DNA from: Octopus bimaculoides
Taxonomy: Eukaryota
DNA length: 64,000 nt
Direction: 5' to 3'
Assembly (NCBI RefSeq): GCF_001194135.2
Contig: NC_069005.1
Span: forward strand, 30,217,133 to 30,281,132
Shown here in pieces: positions 49,491 through 62,112 of this stretch (position 1 is its first letter; the number at the start of each line of letters is the position of its first letter). The translations under genes and the position numbers were made by a program. The notes under the pieces were generated by a model. It was given only the letters and a program-made list of their open reading frames with translations, had not been told where the DNA came from and searched no databases.

Positions 49491-50230
49491 ACTGGCATAC
49501 AGTTTTAGATTTTAGCCTATCNNNNNNNNNNNNNNNNNNNNNNNNNNNNNNNNNNNNNNNNNNNNNNNNNNNNNNNNNNNNNNNNNNNNNNNNNNNNNNN
49601 NNNNNNNNNNNNNNNNNNNNNNNNNNNNNNNNNNNNNNNNNNNNNNNNNNNNNNNNNNNNNNNNNNNNNNNNNNNNNNNNNNNNNNNNNNNNNNNNNNNN
49701 NNNNNNNNNNNNNNNNNNNNNNNNNNNNNNNNNNNNNNNNNNNNNNNNNNNNNNNNNNNNNNNNNNNNNNNNNNNNNNNNNNNNNNNNNNNNNNNNNNNN
49801 NNNNNNNNNNNNNNNNNNNNNNNNNNNNNNNNNNNNNNNNNNNNNNNNNNNNNNNNNNNNNNNNNNNNNNNNNNNNNNNNNNNNNNNNNNNNNNNNNNNN
49901 NNNNNNNNNNNNNNNNNNNNNNNNNNNNNNNNNNNNNNNNNNNNNNNNNNNNNNNNNNNNNNNNNNNNNNNNNNNNNNNNNNNNNNNNNNNNNNNNNNNN
50001 NNNNNNNNNNNNNNNNNNNNNNNNNNNNNNNNNNNNNNNNNNNNNNNNNNNNNNNNNNNNNNNNNNNNNNNNNNNNNNNNNNNNNNNNNNNNNNNNNNNN
50101 NNNNNNNNNNNNNNNNNNNNNNNNNNNNNNNNNNNNNNNNNNNNNNNNNNNNNNNNNNNNNNNNNNNNNNNNNNNNNNNNNNNNNNNNNNNNNNNNNNAT
50201 ATATATGTGTGTGTGTGTGTTTCTTATACT

Positions 50231-50425
50231 AGAATGTTGTTGACAGTGACTTCGAAGTTTTGGCCAGCTAAGCCATCAACAGACTGCTGGTCAAAACTTC
50301 AAAGTCATTGTCAACAACATTCTTGTTTTAAGAGTAATAAATTTGTACTCAACAAAAGTACGGAGTAACCCCCTCAGATTAATGTGAAATTGTTTTTTAT
50401 GTTCAGTTATGATAAAAACTAACAT
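50231..50425. repeat. Dispersed element with terminal hairpin (copy 3 of 3)
   Basis: Hairpin at 50231-50323; the flank is the reverse complement of 10310-10375. Confidence 0.7.
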
Positions 50426-50466
<41 letters not shown>

Positions 50467-51352
50467 GTAAGCAAATAAGTGCAAAACAAGGTGAAAAAAA
50501 ATAGTACTCAAATACCTAAGGTAGAGTAATATAATTTAATAAAATTATATGTGTGTGTTTGTCATATGTAGATAATTTGCATATTCAGTTGTAAATGGTT
50601 TGTGTAATCATGAAATAACAATCCTGTTTACCTTCAGTATGAGACATCATATATACACCACTCTCTACATACTGCTAACACCGGTTTTTACTGAACATCA
50701 CATGCATACACACACACATGCACACAAATGCAGAAAGATAACATGAGGGGGTAAGTGCTACAGTTTAGGTGTAAAGAACCCGGACATTTCCTGGAAGTAA
50801 TTATAATGCTTGGCACTGCTGCAGGAGTGATTGCTGTCAGAAGGTGCCGGAACAACATTGATGTTTCCAATCAGCATCTGATGAAGAAAACATCCTACAG
50901 GGCAAGCTCGATGTTAAAACCTTTATCATCTCTGTGCTGACCAGACTCCCAGTTGTTACACGTCGCTGGCCGGTCATGATGTACTTCCTTTGCATTGATG
51001 CAGCTTTTGAATGACACCCCACTCTGCCGCTTTAGGCAGGAAGGCCAGTCTGTCACAGTCTGTCACAGAGGGTCCCCATTTACAGTTGAGTGCACTGGAG
51101 CAGTGTAGAATGAAGGGTCTTGTTCAAGAACACAGTGCACCACCAATCGGGGAATTGAAATCACAACTTTTGCTTATGAGCACAATACCTTAATTACAAG
51201 GCTATACACACACACACACACATGTACATACACACATGCTACATAAATTCTGAAGAATTTTCCAGCATGTAATTCAAACTGACACATCACTTGTTCTGTA
51301 TTTTGAAATTTCTAAACATTTCTCCTTCGGTTGATCTTTATTATTTCGAGGT

Positions 51353-51563
51353 TTAACCCTTTAGCATTTAAGCCAGCCATATCCAGTCCGAATATTCTCT
51401 GTTTTACGTTTTGAACCAGTTAGATCTGGCCTCTCACAGCTATCCAACATTGCCACTCTAAAAACAGTCAATCAATCACATTAAAATCTCAAAGCTATAT
51501 GATAATGCTTTGGTAATTCAAATCAAAGCATTACTTCTGATAATCCGGATACTGAAGGATTAA
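51353..51563. mobile_element. piggyBac-like MITE (copy 3 of 3), TTAA at both ends
   Basis: TTAA-ccctttagcatt ... atactgaagga-TTAA. Confidence 0.65.
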
Positions 51564-52699
51564 CCTTAATCATTAAAGAGCACATTTCATATTTTGTATA
51601 TGTGTCTGTCTGTCTGTCATCTAACAACGAGACTCTAAACTTCTATCGTTGACACAATACCATGTTATCTAGTCTTTTAGCAATGGTCTGAGATACCTTA
51701 GACATCAGTTTGTTTAGGCATACTTTGCTATATGCATACGTATACACACTGGATCATAACTATTATACACCATACATTTAAGAATAAAATGATTTAAATC
51801 GATTCCTTTCATCATACGCTAATTATAGAGTTAAGAATGAACAAATAGAGATAAAAGAAATTTAAAAAATGAAAACCGAGAGGGGTGAGTCCCCTTGGGT
51901 GGAAATATGTCTGTGACAAAACAGAGGTGAATATAAAGTGGAAAAATGTTTTTATTAGAGGTTAGATGCAAAAACAAGAACAAAATAACAAAAAAAAAGT
52001 AACAAAAAAAACCCAACAACAATAGAATATAACACAAAAAAACACTCCTTCCTCCCCACAGAAAACAAAAGATTGTCACTCACAGCTTGCTTTAGTTGTT
52101 TTAAACCCTAGTAAAAACCTGATTTTTTTTTTCCCTTTCCTTTTTTAACCTCCATTTTATGAAAGATAAAATTATCATGTACATATATATATATATATAT
52201 ATATTTATGTATATACATGTGTGTGTATATATATATATGTATATATACATACATATACACACATATATATACATGTGTGTGTGTGTGTATATATATATAT
52301 GAAACAAGTTTTTCTCTTCTTCAATTTTTATATTTGAAAAAATATAAATTAAACAACAACAGTAAGACATTTGTGAGTGTTTAATTCGTTAGGGACCCAG
52401 AAACGTTCAACCCCCCCCAAAAACATAAATGGGTTTGTTTTTGTTTTTTTTTGGTTTTTCTTTACAACTTTAATGTTAATAATAATAACAACAATAACAA
52501 GAATCAACAAGAAACCCCCTAATTACAAAATGAAAAGTACAAACTCATTGAAGGATTTAGGGGATTAATAAAATCCAGAAAACACAAGGTATTAAAAATA
52601 AAAAAAAAAAAGATCATGAAAGAATTAGTGGGCAAGTTGATTAAGAAATGAAATTTTAATGACTTTTCTTAATTAGGTGCCTACCAAGATGATAATTTG

Positions 52700-54310
52700 G
52701 TTGTTTTATACCATTGGCACAGGGAAGACCCCAAAATTTTTGTAATAGCTGATTAAATCAACCCTGGTATATGACAGGTATTTTATCGACTCCTGAAAGA
52801 ATGAAAGGCAATGCCAACTGTAGCAGGATTTAAACTCAGAGTGTAAATAAAGAAGGGATGTCAGTAAATACCACAAGGCATTTTTGTCTGATGCTCTACC
52901 AACTACCAATAATAATAATTTTGAATTTTCCACAAGGGGGCACAGATGTTTAAAGAAGAGGGGCGGTCGACATACTTGAGTATATTGACTGCCCCAGCTT
53001 GGGAATTAAGTAAAGAAGGGATTTAACTAAACACCACCAGGTATATTGTCCAATGCTCAACCAATCAACTACCCTGTCAATAATGATTTCAAATTTTGCC
53101 AACCCCAGTATTTCACTGGTACTTATTTTGTTGACCCCCCCCAAAAGGATGTAAGTCAGTCGTGCAAACGATTCTGCTAGCTCGCTGCCTTTACCCTGTC
53201 ACTAACGATAATTGTTTATAATAGAGGCACAAAGCCACAAATGTGAGGAGATGCATTATTAGTCAAATAAATTGACCCCAGGACATGGCTGGTACAAAAT
53301 GTTATTGGCTCCAGAAGGACAAATGGCAAAATAGTCGTTGGTGAGATTTGAAATTAGGGATTTTAAGAAATCAGAACTGACCACTGCAAGGTATTTCATC
53401 TGATGCCCTAATGAGTCTCCCAAACCATTGTCCTTATAATCTTTTCTACGACAGGGACTACTCCCACTCCTTGCTGAGTGGGAGTACCTGTTGATTACTG
53501 TGGGTCAAGGGTCAATGCAATCTACTACTCCCACTCAGCAAGGAGTGGGAGTAGTAGATTGCATTGACCCTTGACCCACAGTAATCAACAGGTACCTGTT
53601 TCACTGGCCCTGAAAAGATGAAAGGCAAAGTTGACCTGAGCAGAATTTGAACTCAGAACATACGGCTGGAAGAAATGCTTGCTAACCATTCTGCCAGCTC
53701 GCTGCCTTAATAATGATGATAATAATAATAATAATAATCCTTTCTACTATAGGCACAAGGCCTGAAATTTTGGGGCATGGGAGCTAGTCTATTACATCAA
53801 CTCCAGTACCTCAGTGGTACTTATTTTATCAACCCCGAAAGGCTGAAAGGCAAAGTCGACCGTGGCAGAATTTGAACTCAGAATGTGAAGACAGATGAAA
53901 GCATTTTTCCCCAGTGTGCTAATGATTCTGCAAGTTCACCACCTCAGTAATAACCCTTTCTATTATTGGTGCCAGGGGTCGGGGTTATCGATCACATTGG
54001 CCTCAGCACAGAACTGGTATTTTATTTTGCCATCCCTGGAGAGATGAAAGACAAAGTTGAATATAAAGAGCTGGAACAAATATACCCCAGGGCATTTTTT
54101 TTTTTTTAATACAAGCGATTCTGTCAGTCCACCACCTTTGTATATAATAATAGTAATAATAATGGTTTCAAATTTTGGCACAAAGCCAGCAAGTTCTGGG
54201 GAGAGAGTAAGTCGATTACATCAACCCAGTATGCAACTGGTACTTATTTCATCGACCCCCGAAAGGATGAAAGGCAAAGTCGACCTTGGCGGAATTTGAA
54301 ATAATAATTC
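52700..54310 (-). mobile_element. Cluster of at least 6 Meta-like SINE fragments, mostly in the same orientation, separated by (taa)n
   Basis: Repeated gatgaaaggcaaagtcgacc...gaatttgaactcagaa and tttctactataggcacaaggcctgaaattt motifs. Confidence 0.75.
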
Positions 54311-54918
54311 TAATGGTTTCTTACAAAGGTATNNNNNNNNNNNNNNNGCCTCTTAGGGGCATCTGCAACCTAAATGAAGTAGATTAATACAAAAGAAGTG
54401 CTGAAGAATCTCGTGATGGTGGTGGTAGGGATTTAGCTAACCTTTACACTACAGTGCTTCTACAATAATAATAATGATAATAATAATAATAACAATAATA
54501 ATAATGTCTCTACAGAGGCAAGAAGCCTTTAAGATATTTGGAGAAGAATAAAAAGATTATATACATTCATTGTAGAAAACTGTAAAAAAGTTTATTCATT
54601 TATTTATTTATTTATATTTGTGTGTGTATGTGAGTGTGTATATATATATTATTTATATCTCATGGTAGTCTTTTAAATATCAAACGAGGTACCATGAGAT
54701 ACGTTTACAGTGATAAGCTACCCAGCAATGTCCTTCCACCCCGTCTGTTTCTTTTACTTAATGCGATATTTATATTTAGGTAACTTCCACTTCCTCGTAT
54801 TATCTGTATATGCAGCAGCTATATACATACATACATATATACATACACACACACATATATATATATATATACATATATATATATTTATATATATGTATAT
54901 ATATATACATACATATAC

Positions 54919-54969
<51 letters not shown>

Positions 54970-57329
54970 CATGCATATATATATTGTTGATGTCATGAGA
55001 ATTTAGAAACTTCAAGAATGTGAAACAATCCTTTTTAGGAACGGTGAATCTTGAAGCAGATGAAGCTATAAACAACAGTATGTAAATATTGGGTTAAAAT
55101 GCTGACTTCATTCTAATATTTACACTCCATTATGCATATCTTTATTTGCTTCAAGATTCACCATTCCTAAAAAGAATCACACATATATTTGGAGAAAAGA
55201 AGTGTAGTCCCATGCGAGAAAGAGTATAATAGGAGAATTGGTTTCAGGGTTCGAAAATGTACCTGAATCTCAAAAAATGTTGTTTATAAATCTTGCAACA
55301 GATTTGCCAAAACATCAAACCGGCCTTGACAATCTCTTGCCGTGGGGAACGGAAGAATCCTGCATTTCGGACAGTCCTTAATCAGAGAAAAGTTGACAAG
55401 AATGAAATTAAAGAAAAACAGGAGAATTTTACATCCTCTAAGTTTGGTGTTTTGGTGAACCTGTTGCAAGGATTTAGGAACAAGTGCACGTTTGGACCCC
55501 AAAACAAATTCTCATACATACATACATATATATACATATATAGAGAGAGAAGCAAAGTTCTTAAGATTGGCTTTGAAAAGGAAACGAAACTTAAAATTTT
55601 TCAGCTTTTACACCTTTGCTGCAAAAATTCCATCATTAATTAATTCATTTCAGTTTTGTTGTTATACAGGGCTGCCCGTGGCCCTCTTAAATAGTCTTTA
55701 CCTCTACCTAACTTAGAAAAAGCAGGTCCCAAAATTAATTCTTTTTTTTTTTCGCTTTTGTTTAATTAATAAGTTCCATAAGAGAATTTAGAAAATAAAA
55801 TTATAATCCAGAAGATAATCTGATATGCCGCCCATCCAGTGATATGTTGTCTTGGAGTCTCTCCACACAGCTTGATGAGGAAATTGCTATCTACCCTCCT
55901 TTATGCATTGTGTAGAGGAGAAATGATAGGGTCACATGACTCAAAACACCAGTGTATGTGTATATATATATATACCATATTTTAACGTGTATAAAGAACC
56001 CTTTTTTTGTCAAAAATTAGGTTAAAAAAATATGGGAGTTTTTTAAACATGGATAGTATTATAATCCTTTACAGAACCTTTTTTCCAAATTTTAAGCCCC
56101 AAAAATTAGGGGGTTCCTTATACATGTTTAAATACGGTGTGTGTTTGTGTGTATATATATATATATATATTGGGGGAAAACATACATCCACTACTTCTTC
56201 ATTTTCTCTCCCCCACCCAATATTGATAATTTCAATAATCCCTAACATACACCAATGACTTTCATATTATATAATCCCTAATGAGGATGTAACTTCCTCG
56301 AATTAACTATATATATATATATTCCTGTCAGTCATTGGACTGTGGCCATGCTGGGGCACCGGTTTGATACACTGGGACCCTTTCTTGTCAGGGATATAGC
56401 TTAGAGTTAATGCTACAGAGAAAGGGAGATGAGTGCTAGCTTCATGAATCCTTGTGGTGGGTTGCTTGTAATAAATTGTGGCTCTGGCAATAATGTCTGC
56501 TTTTCCATGCTTTGAACAGAGTTCAAGCCAGAGTCCGACACTTGCCCATGGCCAACTTTTTTTCTGTCCTTTTGGTAGAAGACTGAAGAATCAATCACAC
56601 TACTAGTATGACATTGATACTTGTGACAACTGTCACATGTTCAGACAAAAGAGAAACATATATATACATACATACATATATACACGCATACACGCATTCT
56701 CCAGCACTCTCTCTACAAACTGGGAGAGGGCCTGCACCCTCCCCTACCACCTTTAAATAGATTTCTGGAACTTTAGCTACCATTGACTAGACTTGGGATG
56801 GATACCGGAGTGGTCTCCTGTTGCCTTCTACAGCAGTTTGTGTTGGAATACTGAATATAGAGAGGAGTGTGCAGCTATTATTGTTGGGTTACAACTTAGG
56901 ACTAGTTGTTGTCATCTTGGTAATTCTATGGGAGGGATCTAGTTGATTACATCAACCCCAGTACTCGCCTGTTACTTATTTTATTGACCGTGAATGGATA
57001 AAAGGTAAAGTTGACTGGCGAAATTTGAACTCAGAACATTAAAAACGAACAGAATGCCACTAAGTATTTTGTCCCATCTGCTGACAATGCTGCCAACTCA
57101 CTGCCTTTATTAATAATAATCCTTTTTAAGGGAGGGAGCTAGTCAATTACATAGACCCCTGTTCCCAGGTGGTACTTATATCATTGACTCCAAAAGAATA
57201 AAAGGCTAAGTTGACCTTGGCAGAATTTAAATCTAGAACATAAATCTGGAAGAAATGCTGCTAGGCATCTTGTCCAGTGTGCTAACAATTCTACTAACTT
57301 CCTATCCTCTTAATAGTAATTGTGGAGGT

Positions 57330-57745
57330 AGACGTGGCCATGTGGTTAAGCAATTTGCTTTCCAACCATATAGTTTTAGGTTCAGTTCCACTGAGTGGCA
57401 CATAGTGCAAGCATCTCCTTGTATAGCTCCAGATCAACCAAAACATTGTGTGTGGATTTGGTAGGTGAAAACTGAAAGAAGCCTGTTGTGTGCATGTGTG
57501 TATGCATTTGTTTGTTTTTTTTTGTCTTGACATTATGCAATAGTTGTAAATGTGTGTCACCAGTGAAGGACACCACATGGTGTCCTTTGCTTCCAATCTT
57601 CTATGAAATGCATGTCTAGCTAAGAGGAAATATTACCTTGCCTGGAAACAGGTAAGGGTTGGCAACTGGAAGGGTATCCAGCTGTAGAAATGTCTCAATG
57701 AATTCTGTTTAACCCATACAACTATGGAAAAGTGGACATTAGGAC
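57330..57745 (+). mobile_element. tRNA-derived SINE with an RTE-like tail (same architecture as 27099)
   Basis: gtggccatgtggttaagcaatttgctttccaaccat...ggttcagttccact ... ggaagggtatccagctgtagaaat. Confidence 0.75.
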
Positions 57746-58656
57746 ATGATTACATATATATATGTGTATATACATGTGTGTGTGTGTGTATGTATCACCA
57801 TCATCCTTTAACATCTGTTTTCCATATGGGCATGTATGTATATATACATAGAGGCCATCACTTGGTAATGTCTTCACTAATTATTTTAGGATCATATGTA
57901 GTTGCAAGCAGAGAGGCATCTTTTTGACTCTGCCAGCCTTAATCCAGCTGAATATTTAGAATGAGACGACTGGAGTGGGGAGAGAGACCACTGCTATCAG
58001 CGTTAGGTTAGGTTGGTACCTATTACAGCTGAGTAGACTGGTGCAACATGAAATGAAATGCCTTGCTTGATTAAGGATACCACACTTTGCTCAGTCCAGG
58101 AATTGAACTCCCTATCTTATTATCATGAATCTAATATCCTAACCACATTATATATATATATTACACACACACGCACTACAAATATACACACAACACTAAG
58201 AGGTATCATTGAGACAGAAAAGAGGAGAGTGTATGTATATATATATCATATAGGAGTGTGTTAGTGTGTGTATGGGGCAAGGATATATAGGCTAATATAA
58301 ATAGGGGAAGGTCCATCCCCCTTCCTCTCTCTCTCTCTCTCAGATCACCCCCCCTTCACTTGTTAATAACGTGTATAGAAAGGTGGTGCAAAAAAAATAA
58401 ATTAAGGAGCAAGGTGAAACGGGTGTGGAAAGAATGGGAGGGAGTGACTTTCATGCTGTTTCTTTTGTTATTTTTTTTTATTGTTTGAGAGCACTTGCGA
58501 TAATAATTTTAACTAAACTTAAGACATACTCTATGACTGCCCTGCAAGAAATGTACCAGTGTGTGTGTGTATGTATATATATATCCCTGCAGGAGACCTA
58601 CCATGATGGGTATATATACACACCAGCCTTGGCCTACAGGAGACCTTTCATAATGG

Positions 58657-58708
<52 letters not shown>

Positions 58709-61700
58709 TGCAGTCTTGGCCTGCAGGAAATCTACAGCTGTTCCAGATTATGTATATACACACTGCAGTATGTATATACAGTTCTGCAGGAGAGCTACAG
58801 CTGTACCACACTGGTACCATACCATCATGATATGTGTTTGTGTGCACACATAAACACACCACAGTGGTTGGCTTTCTCCAAAAAGTTAAAGATATTTTTC
58901 AGGAGAAAGGGAATTAGGGTTGATCATCGTGCCTTTCCCAGGGACATAAGAAATATAAGCTAAAAAAATGGAGTGAGTACTACAGCAGAGTATCAAAAGT
59001 GGGTCTCGAGTTCTTCTTAGAGTACTTTGTTCTTGTAACAATGAGAAAAGCAGTAACAAAAAAGGTCGGACGGAATAGTTATTCAATCAATCACACTGAC
59101 TCAAACTCAGAGTACCCTAGTTATTTAATTAATCACATTGATGCAAACTCGGAGTAGCCTACACCGATGTCTGTCTTTAAGTTGATGTTTATTGAAAGTT
59201 AACAGTGAAAGGTCAGCCAGCATTCTAACATGTGTAACTGGAGTTTAGTGACTGCATGTCCGTGAAAGAGGGGGAGAGAGAGTGAGTGAGTGAGTGTTCG
59301 TTTGTCAGAGAGAAATAAGTGGTTTGTTAAGCATTAAATTTTTCAAATGAGCAACTTTGGCACTCTTTTGAAACTAAAAAGGGAGTCTCTAAATTTATGG
59401 GACAAGGAGGGACGACGACAACGATGGTGGTGTCTGTAACTCCACTAGACACACACTTTGGATTTAAATCTCTACAGTAAATTTAGAGTGAGGGGTAAGG
59501 AGTGGGGAGGGGGAGATAATGTGATGTGCCCCACCCTCATCTCACCTGTTTATAAGTATGTGAATCAAATCCAAACATAACAAAAAATTTAAAATTTAGC
59601 TCTAGCTCTCTATCTTCACCAAAATATAGTTAAAAAGAAAAGGAAAAAAAATAAATTTTTTTTTTATGGGGTGAGGTGATGGTGGGATTGTAGATATTCA
59701 ATAACATTGACCTTGGTACTTTGCTAGTTCTTTACATTATCGACTCCTCAGAAGAATGAAAGGTAAAGTTGACCTCGGTTGGATTTGAACTCGGAACATA
59801 AAAGTCCATTGCTAGAATGTCCCTTACATCATCCTACACTCCCATAATAATAATAATAATAATGATTTCAAATTTTGGCACAATGCCAGCAATTTCTGGG
59901 AGGGAGTAAGTCAATTGCATGGGCCCCCATTACTTAATTGGTATTTATTTTATTGAGAGAGGCGGAATTTGAACTCAGAACATGAAGATTGAAAAGCATT
60001 TTGCCCAGTGTGCTAACAAATCAATCTATTCACTGCAGAATTACATTAAGGATCAACATGTCTGTGGAGTACTCAACCACATGCATGTTAATTACGAAGC
60101 AGGTAATTTGGTTGAGCTAACAACTGAATCCTTATAGTCAAACAGAGAGAGCACTGTCCATAGCTGCAATTATAGTGACCGTAACATGGTATGGCACTCA
60201 CATCAGTGGCAGGCTTAAAAGGGGGGAGTAAGTTGCCCCTTCTGCCTATAGATTGGGGGGAGTCCTAGACCATTGGCCAACTGTTGGGTGCTGACAAGCA
60301 AGTGAGCTGCTATTGCACAGCAACCTTGTCTTTAACTGTGCTTGTTACATTCTTGTACACCTCTTGGTATTTGGCATAAATTCTGAGAGAGGCAGTCTGG
60401 TGGTGGGGATGGCACCAATTGCCTTACTCACCATCGAAAGAGGCATTTTGTTCAGAGAACTGAACAGTCAGTGTTGACTATGAAGGACAGCTACCACTGC
60501 CAACCCCTAGCACAAGACAAGTTTCATTTTATTAATAAAGGGCAGGATATCGATGAGACTTAAATGCAGAATGTAAAGGGACATGGGCCTAACTAGAACA
60601 TTGCAAGGAAATCTGTTTTCTGTTAACTCTACAAGAAAAATAATCATTTCTAACATAAAATACTAGGTCACATATATCAGGAGGTGATGCAGTGGAATTA
60701 AGTCAATCCCTCCCTTTCGTCATTACCTAGCACTTTACTTTTCATCCTCTTTGCATTTTTGTTGTTGTTGGTGAGTGTTGTTGATAATATAAAGTCAACT
60801 CAATAAGAATTTCGCTGACCCCCTCCCCGGCCGACCCACTCCCAACCCCCAGGGATATAACTACTGTTTTAGATAACTCTGTTCAACAAAAAACAGCTTC
60901 ATTATCCCACTGCATCCATTTCTTAACGCTGAGAGGAGGGAAAATTTTTGAAACGCATTTCTTTGGTACAATACGGTGTGTGTGTGCGCATGCGTGGAGG
61001 TTTGCACCGCACGTGCTGAAAATTAGAACAAAAACAAAAACCCAGTAACACTAATGCAATTTAAGGGCCAATACATAAAGACCTGTAAAGATTGTGTGAC
61101 AAAATCGTTTTCACTGTACATAGTAAATATAGATTGGTTGCTGGCAGGATTTGCCTTTTTTTTTTTTTTCTTCTCAAACTGAAGATTAATTCTAAATAAC
61201 AGTAGTAGTGGTGGTGGTTTAGTGGCTTCTGTAATAGTCTGTATAATAGTCTTCTGGTGAAGCTGAAATAAAAGGATAAACAGGGGGAAAATATATATAT
61301 ATATATATATATATATNNNNNNNNNNNNNNNNNNNNNNNNNNNNNNNNNNNNNNNNNNNNNNNNNNNNNNNNNNNNNNNNNNNNNNNNNNNNNNNNNNNN
61401 NNNNNNNNNNNNNNNNNNNNNNNNNNNNNNNNNNNNNNNNNNNNNNNNNNNNNNNNNNNNNNNNNNNNNNNNNNNNNNNNNNNNNNNNNNNNNNNNNNNN
61501 NNNNNNNNNNNNNNNNNNNNNNNNNNNNNNNNNNNNNNNNNNNNNNNNNNNNNNNNNNNNNNNNNNNNNNNNNNNNNNNNNNNNNNNNNNNNNNNNNNNN
61601 NNNNNNNNNNAAATCTACAAATATTTTAAAAATTAAAAACAATTGTAAATGACTTAAAATTAAAAACAACTATAAAATACTTCTCCCCCTAAAAACGAAA

Positions 61701-62001
61701 ACAAATGAAATGAAATCAACATAAATTTTTTTTTTTAAAAATCAATAAATAAATAAAAGATGTTTTGGTGTTAAGAATTTTTGTATTTTATTAAAATTTT
61801 TAATTTTTTTCTTAGTTTTTTTTTCTTCCCTGAAACAAAAAAAACTTGTTTTGTTTTATATTATTATTATTATTTTATAAAACTCTTCCCAGTTAGCCTT
61901 TTGTTGTTTCTTTTTGTATTATTTTGATTTATATTTTAAATTATGGTTGGTTTTTTTTTCTTCTTTTTGCTTTATATTTTATTTCATTTGTAATTTTATA
62001 G

Positions 62002-62112
62002 GTGCAGTAGCCATCTTGGAGGCATCACAACCCTGACCTCTCCTACCTCCAACATGGAGGAAAGGAGGGAGGACAAGGAAGAGAAAAGCTGTTACAGTGA
62101 GAGGAGCAGATA
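62002..62112 (+). CDS. Candidate exon of an unidentified downstream gene (possible ATG at 62054)
   Basis: ttttatag|...|gtaagt boundaries; 111 nt; one frame open throughout (CSSHLGGITTLTSPTSNMEERREDKEEKSCYSERSR); ccaacATGg Kozak context. No homology recognised. Confidence 0.35.

Noticed and set aside
50750-50800. Zinc-knuckle-like RCKEPGHF
   Set aside because: The CCHC spacing is incomplete and needs a frameshift; at best a very old retroelement remnant.
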